From: an uncultured Deinococcales bacterium
GTDB taxonomy: Bacteria; Deinococcota; Deinococci; Deinococcales; JAAFIG01
Direction of reading: 5' to 3'
DNA length: 23,344 nucleotides
Assembly: GCA_964247135.1 (NCBI GenBank)
Contig: CAXTTL010000050.1
Coordinates: forward strand, 1 to 23,344
Shown: piece after piece, positions 1-8,228 of the stretch
How positions within the stretch are numbered: the stretch's first letter is position 1
Layout of the letters: every line of letters starts with the position of its first letter
Program-made: the position numbers and the translations under genes
Notes under the pieces: model-generated
Told to the model about the DNA's origin: nothing
The model's input: the letters and a program-made list of their open reading frames with translations, nothing else
The model's database searches: none

Positions 1-761
1 TCACTGACTTCGGAGGCCGCCGGTACGAGCAATTCCCGCACTCCAGCATTCGAGCCGATCTTCTCGAGCAACTCGAGGGTCGTTTTGTTCATGCGCTCAA
101 AACGTACACCCAGCCCGCGCAAACCACGAAGCGCCTGAGCGCAAACCTGAGCGGGCGCTCGAGTGCCAATCAATTCGCGGTTGTTGCGCACGCGTTCAAA
201 AATACCGTCGTTGCGTCCAACCACCAAACCCAAACTGAGGGTCGAATCGCCGACCAGCATCGCCACGCTGGAATAAACGACCACATCGGCTGCAAACTCG
301 AGCGGACGGCAACTGTAGGTGGTTGCCAAGGAATTTTCGACAATGACCAGTGCGCCAACCGTGTGCGCCAAACTCGCAATCTTTGATAGGTCGGGAACGC
401 CCAGACTGGCACTCGAAAGCGCCTCGACGAACACCGCGCTCGCACCCTCGAAGTTGATGCTTTCAGGCTCGAGCAAATCAGCAAATTCGACGGTAATGCC
501 AAATTCGGGCAGCATTGCCAAAGCGCGAAATGCCGCGCCAGACAACTCATTGGAGGCAATCACCCGATCCAGAGGACGTAAAAGCCGCGCCACGGCATCA
601 AGTGCCGCGCGTCCAGAAGCAAACGCCAAACCCCAAGCTTTCGCAGACCCTAAACCCGCACCCTCGAGTGCCGAGATTCGCGCCTCCAACTGCGCGGCGG
701 GACTTGAGAATTCTGCTCCAGCGTGGGTGGCGAGGGTGTCAAAGCGTAAAACCTCGTCCAT
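1..761 (-). CDS. Cys/Met metabolism PLP-dependent enzyme family homolog (cystathionine gamma-lyase/synthase-like), 3' end outside window, catalytic residues degenerate
   Basis: Hand-translated; absent from the ORF track because the frame stays open to base 1. MDEVLRFDTLATHAG...LEARISALEG...AFASGRAA...VFVE...VPDLSKIASLAHTVGALVIVENSLAT...RPLEFAADVVVYS...ALRGLRGLGVRFER follows the MetB/MetC motif order. Confidence 0.85.
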   Translation of the reverse strand, partial: MDEVLRFDTLATHAGAEFSSPAAQLEARISALEGAGLGSAKAWGLAFASGRAALDAVARLLRPLDRVIASNELSGAAFRALAMLPEFGITVEFADLLEPESINFEGASAVFVEALSSASLGVPDLSKIASLAHTVGALVIVENSLATTYSCRPLEFAADVVVYSSVAMLVGDSTLSLGLVVGRNDGIFERVRNNRELIGTRAPAQVCAQALRGLRGLGVRFERMNKTTLELLEKIGSNAGVRELLVPAASEVS

Positions 762-986
762 GCAGCAGGCATCATACTAGAAAATGGCGATGGTACAAGG
801 GGCAAAACCTGCCAAACAGCACCTCGAGAACAGAGAACCGTGTCTTTGACGGCATCATAGCCTCGAGTGTGGGTTAGAGATCACACAAGTAACCCTCGAG
901 TTTCAAACTCACCCATACAAACCATTTCACGGTAAACTGTTCTCGCTTCACAGCAGATTGAATCAGGACTTCAGGAGGAGATGTCT

Positions 987-2246
987 ATGAAATTCTCAAA
1001 AATATTGGGCGCAAGTTTGGTGCTCGGCACGGGAATCGCGGCATTATCGCTTTTTACCGTTGGGGCACAAGAAAAAAAGAACCTCGAGTTTGTCACGACC
1101 AACCTTCAATCCTTTGCCGATTACTTCAACCCGCTGGTTGAAAAGTACAACAAAGCCAATCCTGCGCAAAACTTGAAGTGGACCGATTTGCCACAAGCCT
1201 CGATTCAACCCAGGGTTTTGGCTGGCGTCGCGGCGGGCAACCCACCAGACGCCATTCAAATGAACTCGAGTCAGGTGCTCGAGCTTGCCCAGCAGGGCGC
1301 GTTGTTGCCTTTGAACAACTTATTGACCAAGGAGCAATTAGCCATTTACCAAAAGCAAGCGCTCGCAGCCTTCAGTTTTGATGGCAAAGTCTACGCACTG
1401 CCCGATTATGCCTCGCCGAGGGTGGTGATGTTTAACACCGACATCCTGAAAAAAGCTGGCTTGGACGGTCAACAGTTGCCGCGCACGATGGGCGACATTA
1501 TCGCCTGGGCAAAAATCATCAAGGACAAAACGGGGCTTTACGGCTTTTCGCCGCTGGTTGCCAACGTGGATTTCTTAAAAACCTTCCAGGAACAAGGCTT
1601 GCCGCTGTTTTCCGACGACCGCAAAAAAGCCGTCTTCAACAGCCCAGCCCACGTGGCATTGTTGCAACAATACGTTGATTTGCGCAAAAAAGATTACTTT
1701 GCCGAGGACGCCATCCGCAAAGGTTTCACCGCCGGTTACGAGTTGTACAGCGCGGGCAAATTGGGCATCATCATCATTGCACCCACTTTTGTACCACGCC
1801 TGCAAAAAGACAACGAAGCCGTTTACAAGGTTTCAGTCGTCGCGCCGCACCCCGTCAGCGCCGCCCAAGTCGCCCAAGCCAGCACCTTTTCTTACGGCGT
1901 GCCAAAAGGGGTCAGCGATCCGAAAGCCGCCGCGCAACTGGCATTCTGGCTGACCAACGACGAACAACAACTCGCCTTTTCCAAACGCGCCGGAACAACC
2001 TTCCCAACCACCATCAAAGCCGCTCGAGACCCATTCTTTAACACGGGTGGCGACAGCCTGATCGACAAATCTCGAGCCGCCGCCGCCAAAACCATGAAGG
2101 TCGCCAAAGAACTGGCGGTGTTTGTACCGAACGCTTCGGTTTTAAACAAAGCCTTCAAAGACAACATCGAAGCCGCGTTGTTCGGACAAAAAACCGCCAA
2201 AGCCGCCTTGGATGAGATCGTTAAAATCTGGAACGCCAACCTTTAA
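987..2246 (+). CDS. ABC transporter sugar-binding protein (extracellular solute-binding family 1)
   Basis: Signal peptide MKFSKILGASLVLG...VGA|QE; motifs AAGNPPD, GALLPL, DGKVYALP, MFNTDILKKAG, KTAKAALDE. The GGAGG SD at 974-978 is better spaced for ATG 987 than ATG 981. Confidence 0.9.
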   Translation: MKFSKILGASLVLGTGIAALSLFTVGAQEKKNLEFVTTNLQSFADYFNPLVEKYNKANPAQNLKWTDLPQASIQPRVLAGVAAGNPPDAIQMNSSQVLELAQQGALLPLNNLLTKEQLAIYQKQALAAFSFDGKVYALPDYASPRVVMFNTDILKKAGLDGQQLPRTMGDIIAWAKIIKDKTGLYGFSPLVANVDFLKTFQEQGLPLFSDDRKKAVFNSPAHVALLQQYVDLRKKDYFAEDAIRKGFTAGYELYSAGKLGIIIIAPTFVPRLQKDNEAVYKVSVVAPHPVSAAQVAQASTFSYGVPKGVSDPKAAAQLAFWLTNDEQQLAFSKRAGTTFPTTIKAARDPFFNTGGDSLIDKSRAAAAKTMKVAKELAVFVPNASVLNKAFKDNIEAALFGQKTAKAALDEIVKIWNANL

Positions 2247-2260
2247 AATCTTTTGAGAAC

Positions 2261-2296
2261 GGGTGCAGGGTCTCTAGACCCTGCACCCTCTTTTTT
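2261..2296 (+). terminator. Intrinsic terminator after the solute-binding protein gene
   Basis: GGGTGCAGGGTCT-ct-AGACCCTGCACCC perfect 13-bp inverted repeat followed by TCTTTTTT. Confidence 0.85.
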
Positions 2297-2381
2297 AATC
2301 TCAAATCTCGAGAAGCACTTTCAAGCACAAGGTTTTCTCGAAATTTCAGGTTAAAAGACTCGCGCTAAAGTATCATTGGGC

Positions 2382-3011
2382 ATGAAGAACTTCTGGCGAA
2401 ATATTTTGCTGCTTAGTGGAATAACCGTTCTGTTCTCGAGCTGCGGGTTTTTGTTGCTGCTGAGCTTGGTGTTTTTCCAACCGCGCGGTTGTTGGGATAT
2501 TTGCGGCGGACCTTACGTTCAACCACCTCCAGAAAGCATCAATTTCAACACCGATGAACGCATTTTACGTGGCGATTGGCGGTCTTTGATTCCTGGCAGC
2601 AACGAATTTGACCCTGGCAAAACCGTCAGTTTAAAACTCGAGGCAACCTATACAGACACGACCTCGTACACGGTCACGGGAACATTTCAAGTGACTGGCG
2701 ATGCAGCCTTGAGCGTTCAAGGTATGGTCAAGGGCGGCGACTTGCAGGCGTACACCAAAAGCGCAAACCGTACTTCACCACTTCCACCGCAAGCTTTTGC
2801 TGAATTGTTACTCTCGAGTGCCGTTGGGCAACCTGCAACTCAGGTCCTCATCTTGTGTCCTTACACGTATCAAGGCACGGACAACCAATGGCAGTACAGT
2901 GGTGTGCTCGAGCCTGTCACGGCAGGTCGGGTGCCATTCTCGAGTTGTTATGGCAGCACCTCGAGCGGGAAACATGTGGTTGTGGGTCGTAAACCAGTTG
3001 CAGTGCCGTAA
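2382..3011 (+). CDS. Hypothetical exported/lipoprotein
   Basis: MKNFWRNILLLSGITVLFSSC (lipobox-like) followed by a hydrophobic stretch; TATCAT at 2371-2376 lies 5 nt before ATG 2382, a leaderless configuration. Confidence 0.7.
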   Translation: MKNFWRNILLLSGITVLFSSCGFLLLLSLVFFQPRGCWDICGGPYVQPPPESINFNTDERILRGDWRSLIPGSNEFDPGKTVSLKLEATYTDTTSYTVTGTFQVTGDAALSVQGMVKGGDLQAYTKSANRTSPLPPQAFAELLLSSAVGQPATQVLILCPYTYQGTDNQWQYSGVLEPVTAGRVPFSSCYGSTSSGKHVVVGRKPVAVP

Positions 3012-3013
3012 AT

Positions 3014-4609
3014 TTACTTTCCAGCAACCCAAACTTGCGGTGCTTTGTCCCGTTCGAGTTTCAAAAATTGATTCGCGCCCACGTCCATCCAATCGCTGTT
3101 GACCCCATCGTTCCACTGTACCCGCAGCTTGGTGCTCTCGAGCGTGCCAATGCCAAAATGAATCCAGCCCAAACTACCACTGGCATGACCACCGCCAATC
3201 GTGATTTCACGGCGAATCGTGCGTGTTCCAACTTGCACTTCAACCCATGAACCAATTCCGTCACGGTTCGCGCCAGGTTGTTGTAATTTCAGCTCGAGCC
3301 AGTGGTTTTTGGGGTCATTGCTGGTGTTGCGCCAGATTTGAGCTTTGTCGTGACGGTTGACCACCAGAATATCGAGTTGCCCATCCAAGTTGAAATCCAC
3401 CACCGCTGCCCCTCGAGCCGCTTTGAAACTTGCCACACCTGCTTTGTCGCCAGCCTCGAGGAAGGTGCCGTCGGGTTTTTGCAGCAGGAGGTTGTTTGGG
3501 TCTTTGTCGGCAAAATCTGGCATTTTTGCCACGTTTCCCTTGGCAATGAACAAGTCGGCGTAAGAGTCGTTGTTGACATCTTCAAATTGCGCGTGCCAAC
3601 CCGTTGACGGGTGAACGTCGCCGCCAGTGTAAGGTCGGTGCGCGGTGACACCCAGTTTGAAGGCAACATCGCCAAACGTTGGTTTGCTCGAGCCAGAGGT
3701 AAGCATTTGCAATTTGGAATCTGCCATACTGGTCATAAAATAATCTGGGAAGCCGTCACCGTTCAGGTCGTAACTGGCGATCCCCATGCCCCAAATCACC
3801 AATTTCTTCCAACCGTCGGCTTCGGTGTACAGCATCGGGTTTTTTCCAGGCTCGAGCTTCCAGAGTTGTTCCTGACCACCCTTGTAATACTCTCGGTCAT
3901 TGGAAACCCGCAGGGCTGGCGTTCCCGAACGGTTCCAGTCGGTGAACAACATGCTTAAAGCGCAATAACTTGGCTTTAAAGCTTGAGGTGTGCTGTATTT
4001 CCCGCTCGAGCCTCGGTAGAGCATGTTGCTGGTACATGAACCCCAAGGCGAATCGGATTTGCTGCGGTCAATGTAACTGCCCACCGCCAGCGTGGGCAGG
4101 CTCGAGTTTTTCTCCCAGGTCGCGGCAAAAGACGTGTGCCAAGCGTCGCCACCGTCGAACCCCCATTTTTCGTTGGCGCGTTCAAACCCGCAATTGCCCA
4201 AACCTCTAAACAAAACATTTTCGCCGACCCGCAAAACCATCAAATCCGTGATGCCGTCCGCGTCCACATCGAGCGGGTACGCGCCCGTGACATTTTTCAG
4301 CTCGAGGTTTGACTTTTGGGCTTTGAAGGTCAACGCTCCGCCGACGCTCGAGGTGTTGCGGTAGAAGGCGGCTCTGTTCGTGCCACCCGCCAAGAACACG
4401 TCGGGCAGTCCGTCGCTGTTGCAATCAAAAGTTGCCACGCCACCGCCGACCATGTACTCCCACTCGCCGTTATAGACGCTCGAGATGCCTGAATTGCTTT
4501 CTTCGAGGTATTGGGGGACGATTGGGCTGGCTTCGTCTTGGGCGATGGCGAACAAACCACCAGAAAGCAAGAGCAGGAAACCGAAACCATATTTTTTGGG
4601 CGAACGCAT
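3014..4609 (-). CDS. CRTAC1 family protein (FG-GAP/VCBS-like repeats plus C-terminal ASPIC/UnbV domain), secreted
   Basis: Signal peptide; repeated DxNxDGxxD motifs (DCNSDGLPD, DVDADGITD, DLNGDGFPD, DVNNDSYAD, DFNLDGQLD); C-terminal NHWLELKL...NRDGIGSWVEV...HFGIG...VQWNDG. Confidence 0.88.
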   Translation of the reverse strand: MRSPKKYGFGFLLLLSGGLFAIAQDEASPIVPQYLEESNSGISSVYNGEWEYMVGGGVATFDCNSDGLPDVFLAGGTNRAAFYRNTSSVGGALTFKAQKSNLELKNVTGAYPLDVDADGITDLMVLRVGENVLFRGLGNCGFERANEKWGFDGGDAWHTSFAATWEKNSSLPTLAVGSYIDRSKSDSPWGSCTSNMLYRGSSGKYSTPQALKPSYCALSMLFTDWNRSGTPALRVSNDREYYKGGQEQLWKLEPGKNPMLYTEADGWKKLVIWGMGIASYDLNGDGFPDYFMTSMADSKLQMLTSGSSKPTFGDVAFKLGVTAHRPYTGGDVHPSTGWHAQFEDVNNDSYADLFIAKGNVAKMPDFADKDPNNLLLQKPDGTFLEAGDKAGVASFKAARGAAVVDFNLDGQLDILVVNRHDKAQIWRNTSNDPKNHWLELKLQQPGANRDGIGSWVEVQVGTRTIRREITIGGGHASGSLGWIHFGIGTLESTKLRVQWNDGVNSDWMDVGANQFLKLERDKAPQVWVAGK

Positions 4610-4682
4610 GACCAGATTATAGGCTCGAGTTTGAAATTTTGAAAACCCTGAAATTACAGTTTAGACAAGTTAAACTCGAGTC
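4610..4682. promoter_or_regulatory. Back-to-back leaderless promoters
   Basis: Minus-strand TATAAT (4616-4621) is 6 nt before ATG 4609; plus-strand TAAACT (4671-4676) is 6 nt before ATG 4683; neither gene has an SD. Confidence 0.7.
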
Positions 4683-5573
4683 ATGATTGCAGCGCTGGAC
4701 ATCGGTGGGACAAAAATTTCAGTTGCGTTGGTGGACGCCGCAACCATCCTCGAGCGCCATGAGGTTCAAACACCAGAAATTGCTACACCAGAGGCGGTTT
4801 GCACAGCGGCAATCAATTTGCTCGAGCCGTTCAAAACCCGAGTCTCGAGTTTGGGCGTGGCGGCAACGGGGCGGGTGGCGAACGGTCGGGTCACGGCGCT
4901 CAATTCCAAAACGCTGACGGGTTGGAACGATTTTGATTTGCAAACCACGTTTCAGAAAGCCTTGAACCTCGAGACGATTGTGCTGAACGATGCCGATGCG
5001 GCGGCTTGGGGCGAGGCTGCATTTGGGGCTGGAGTTGGCGTGCGAGATTTTGTGTTTGTCACGATTTCGACAGGCATCGGCGGTGGTTTGATTCTCAACT
5101 CGAGGTTGCACACCACACCATTTGGCTTGCAAGCCGATCTTGGGTTCACGCTGATCAACGGTGTACCGCTCGAGTTTCTGGCTTCGGGAACGGCGTTAGA
5201 CCATTACGCGGTTGCTCGAGGCTGGACGGACGCTCGAGATGTGATTGCAAACGCCCCAACAGATTCAGGCGCAAACGCGAAACTCGAGGAAAGCGCGAGC
5301 TTGATTGCGCAAAAAATTGCGGATTTACGGGTGGCGCTTGGGATTACCAGGGCGGTGATCGGTGGCGGTTTGGGACTCGCAGACGGGTATCTCGAGCGTC
5401 TGAAGCACAACCTTTCCAAACTTCCAGAACTTTATCAACTCGAGCTAGTGCCTGCGGCGTTGGGTGTGGATGCGGGTTTGATCGGCGCGGCGGCTTGGGC
5501 ACAACAAAATTTCGTAGGGGATGGTCTGAGACCATCCCCTACCTCATCCTCTACGAAGGGAATCACATCATGA
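4683..5573 (+). CDS. ROK family sugar kinase (N-acetylmannosamine kinase-like)
   Basis: ALDIGGTK, LNDADAAAWGE, FVTISTGIGGG, VIGGGLG and DAGLIGAA motifs; no N-terminal HTH domain. Confidence 0.88.
   Translation: MIAALDIGGTKISVALVDAATILERHEVQTPEIATPEAVCTAAINLLEPFKTRVSSLGVAATGRVANGRVTALNSKTLTGWNDFDLQTTFQKALNLETIVLNDADAAAWGEAAFGAGVGVRDFVFVTISTGIGGGLILNSRLHTTPFGLQADLGFTLINGVPLEFLASGTALDHYAVARGWTDARDVIANAPTDSGANAKLEESASLIAQKIADLRVALGITRAVIGGGLGLADGYLERLKHNLSKLPELYQLELVPAALGVDAGLIGAAAWAQQNFVGDGLRPSPTSSSTKGITS
5514..5542. repeat. GTAG-type REP palindrome inside the 3' end of the ROK gene
   Basis: GTAGGGGATGGTCT-G-AGACCATCCCCTAC, a perfect 14-bp inverted repeat with GTAG/CTAC ends. Confidence 0.8.
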
Positions 5574-6796
5574 TGACTTGGGAAGATCACCTCGAGCGGG
5601 CTGGCGGGCAACTTGTGCCCCATGCCGTGAAATTTGCTCGAGACTTGCGGGCGGCTGGTGTGCAGGTGACGGCTTCACAAACCCAGACCTTCACGCAAGC
5701 GCTGACCGTCATTTCGGTCATGGACGCTCGAGCTTTTCAGGACACCGCGCGAACCTGTTTGGTCACGCGCCGCGAGGATTTGATTCGGTTTGAAGAGGTG
5801 TTCAAGAAATTTTGGATTGATCTGGGCATGGGCGGCATTCCAGAAGAATTGCTCAACCGTATGGGCGTGCCACCAAAACGCAATCAGGCGCGTCCTGCCG
5901 AGGTGCGGGAAACTTCAAACGAAAAACGGATTGAAAATCCGAATGCCAAACCCGAAAAACTTTCTGACCGAGCGTTCACGTACTCGAGCGAAGAGGTTCT
6001 CAAAAACAAGCGTTTTGATCACATGAACGAACTCGAACTTCAAACGGCGCGGCGCGTGATGCAGGGTTTTCAGTGGCAGGTCGGAATGCGGCGCACACGG
6101 CGGTTTAAAGCCGCCAGTCGCGGTGAAAAACTCGATTGGCGCGGCAGTTTGCGGGCTTCGTTCAAAACCGGTGGCGAGTGGCTGAAGCTCGAGTGGAAGG
6201 AACGCAAAACCAAACCGCGACCACTGATTGTGATTGCCGACGTTTCGGGATCGATGGAACGTTACGCGCGAATGCTGCTGCATTTTTTGCACGTGGTCAC
6301 GCAGGTTGCCATTCGGGGCGAGAAACGCAAGGTCGAGACTTTTGTCTTCGGCACGCGCCTCTCAAGGATTTCAAAATTGCTCGAGTCTCGAGATGTGGAC
6401 ACGGCAGTGGATGATGTCGGAAAAACCGTGCGCGATTGGTCTGGCGGCACGCGCATCGGTGAAAGTTTGAACACGTTTAACCGCATTTGGGCAAAGCGCG
6501 TGCTTGGACGCGGCGCGGTGGTCTTAATCATTTCTGACGGTTGGGAACAGGGCGATCCCGAATTGCTGGGCAAGCAAATGGAACGCTTGCAAAAAACCTG
6601 TCATCGTTTGATTTGGTTAAACCCTTTAATCGCCACGCAAGGTTTTGCCCCCGAAACCAGGGGGTTAAAAGCCGCGTTGCCATTTGTCGATGATTTCTTA
6701 CCCGTCCATAACCTCTCGAGTTTGGAAAGTCTGGCAAGGCACCTCGAGAGCTTACCCGCAAGACGTTCGGCGCGGCGCAGCGGCTTTAGAAGTTGA
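5570..6796 (+). CDS. CoxE-like VWA domain protein
   Basis: FARDLRAAG, DVSGSMERY (MIDAS), FVFGTRL, DWSGGTRIG, IISDGWE, LIWLNPL, VDDFLPVHNLSSL. The start ATG 5570 overlaps the ROK stop (ATGA); the upstream part of the 596-aa ORF is shadow. Confidence 0.88.
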   Translation: MMTWEDHLERAGGQLVPHAVKFARDLRAAGVQVTASQTQTFTQALTVISVMDARAFQDTARTCLVTRREDLIRFEEVFKKFWIDLGMGGIPEELLNRMGVPPKRNQARPAEVRETSNEKRIENPNAKPEKLSDRAFTYSSEEVLKNKRFDHMNELELQTARRVMQGFQWQVGMRRTRRFKAASRGEKLDWRGSLRASFKTGGEWLKLEWKERKTKPRPLIVIADVSGSMERYARMLLHFLHVVTQVAIRGEKRKVETFVFGTRLSRISKLLESRDVDTAVDDVGKTVRDWSGGTRIGESLNTFNRIWAKRVLGRGAVVLIISDGWEQGDPELLGKQMERLQKTCHRLIWLNPLIATQGFAPETRGLKAALPFVDDFLPVHNLSSLESLARHLESLPARRSARRSGFRS

Positions 6797-7196
6797 TCTC
6801 GAGTTTGTAACGCCCACTGTTGCCCTGTTGGTCGAGTTTGAAATCGAAGCGTTCATTTGGGCGTTGATATCTGGCTTCGACTTTGGTCGCAGAATTTTTG
6901 ACGTTCAGTTTTGATCGCAACCAGCCACGCCTGAGCAGTTCATTGTGAAAAAATGCGTACACTTGACCCAACGAGGCATTCGTTTCAAACTCGACTTTTC
7001 TCGATTCGCCATCTTTTTCTTCGAGGTTAAACACACGACTGTTTGGGTAGGCTGGCAATCCAATTCGCTTGTTGACAATCAAAACACTTGGGGATGCAAC
7101 CACCACGACTGTGGTTTGTACAGGTACGGGCTTGGTGACAACTGGTTGAGGATCAATCACGCGAACGACGCAGCTCGAGACGGTCACAAGCATCAA
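6786..7196 (-). CDS. Hypothetical lipoprotein (start uncertain)
   Basis: VSSC lipobox-like motif, Pro/Val-rich linker, then LPAYPNS...VEFETNASLGQVYAFFHNELLRRGW small alpha/beta domain. Confidence 0.65.
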   Translation of the reverse strand: MMLVTVSSCVVRVIDPQPVVTKPVPVQTTVVVVASPSVLIVNKRIGLPAYPNSRVFNLEEKDGESRKVEFETNASLGQVYAFFHNELLRRGWLRSKLNVKNSATKVEARYQRPNERFDFKLDQQGNSGRYKLEINF

Positions 7197-7336
7197 AAAA
7201 ACTGGTAGGTAAGGCTTCTTGATCTGAGGCTAGGTCTTGAAACTGAACCCAAACTGAAACGACCTTCAGCAAACCTCAATCTATTGCGCAGAATCTCATT
7301 AAGTTTGCTCGAGTCTCTTGAGGTTTTAAAGTGTTT

Positions 7337-7777
7337 TTAAGAAATCCGTGCCTCGAGGTAACTGCGGTCCCCTGCCAGAATGCGTTCGATGCTGGGCAGA
7401 TCGTGTGGAAATTCTTTGCCACGGTTGATGTGGTGCGTTTCAAAACGTCCAATCCCAAAGGCTTCGACCAGGCTAGCGATGGCTTTTTGGCTGTCGAATT
7501 CTTTGCAACTGAAAACATCAACACTGACGAATCGTTTTTCTGGGAAGGTCTGAATGGCGATGTGCGATTCGGCGACAATGACCACGCCCGTAATACCGGC
7601 GTCTTCAGGGTGGCTGCCAGCAACAGTTTTAACGTGAACGGGCATGATTTTGTGCATGTCCATCTCGACTGGAAGTTGCTCGAGTAGACCGCGAATGAAG
7701 TCCAAGTCCTCGAGTTTGCTTTTCTGTGCGTGATGACCATCGATCATCAGGTGCGAGCCGAAACCAAAAAGTTCCAA
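7337..7777 (-). CDS. speD: S-adenosylmethionine decarboxylase proenzyme family (pyruvoyl-dependent)
   Basis: FGSHLMIDG, GITGVVIVAE|SH self-cleavage site, TFPE, VDVFSCKEFD. TTG 7777 is preceded by a GGGAGG SD. Confidence 0.85.
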   Translation of the reverse strand: MELFGFGSHLMIDGHHAQKSKLEDLDFIRGLLEQLPVEMDMHKIMPVHVKTVAGSHPEDAGITGVVIVAESHIAIQTFPEKRFVSVDVFSCKEFDSQKAIASLVEAFGIGRFETHHINRGKEFPHDLPSIERILAGDRSYLEARIS

Positions 7778-7867
7778 CGTGAACCTCCCAAAATGCGCTC
7801 GAGTGCTCGAGGTCGCCTCGCCCGCCTGATTCTGGTTCGCAGATTGAAAAAGGCGAACGCGAACGGA

Positions 7868-7895
7868 ATTATACATTTGTGGCGCAATCTGTCAA
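7868..7895 (-). promoter_or_regulatory. Sigma70/SigA promoter for speD
   Basis: Minus strand TTGACA-N16-TATAAT; both hexamers are perfect consensus. Confidence 0.75.
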
Positions 7896-8154
7896 GATCA
7901 ATCAAAGATTGCGAAATTTTTTTGCTTCTTTTTTTCTCATAACAATAAAAGTATTACTTTTCAAACACATAAATTCTTATCTCACGAGGTCATAAGATTG
8001 ACTTCTAAAAATGTTTGATTTTGAGTTCAGTTTTAAACCGTTTTCGAAATCGATTTCGGCAGTCGCCCAAGGTACAATCCGAGAACACCTTGAGCGCCTG
8101 ATGCGCGGCGACTGATCTTCCTGTAAGCTCGAGATACAAGTGTTTGGCTAAAAG

Positions 8155-8177
8155 TGCTAATATTTAACCTAGGTTAA
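8155..8177 (+). promoter_or_regulatory. Putative extended -10 plus operator palindrome upstream of sdhC
   Basis: TGcTAATAT (8155-8163) immediately followed by the perfect palindrome TTAACCTAGGTTAA (8164-8177). Confidence 0.5.
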
Positions 8178-8228
8178 CTAAATTTCAGAACCAATCCTCG
8201 AGACTCAACTCGGGCATCAGGAGGGATC

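Noticed and set aside
170-877. ORF-track calls 170..559(-), 319..780(+) and 515..877(+)
   Set aside because: Shadows of the minus-strand Cys/Met-family frame (761 to edge); no motifs of their own.
5006-5569. 188-aa N-terminal extension of the VWA ORF
   Set aside because: Overlaps the ROK gene in another frame with non-protein-like composition; the real start is ATG 5570.
7308-7321. CTCGAGTCTCTTGA shared with 16828-16841
   Set aside because: Only 8 bp beyond the ubiquitous hexamer; plausible by chance given about 165 copies.
7778-7876. 33-aa N-terminal extension of SpeD from ATG 7876
   Set aside because: That ATG lies within the promoter, abutting the -10; the SD supports TTG 7777.
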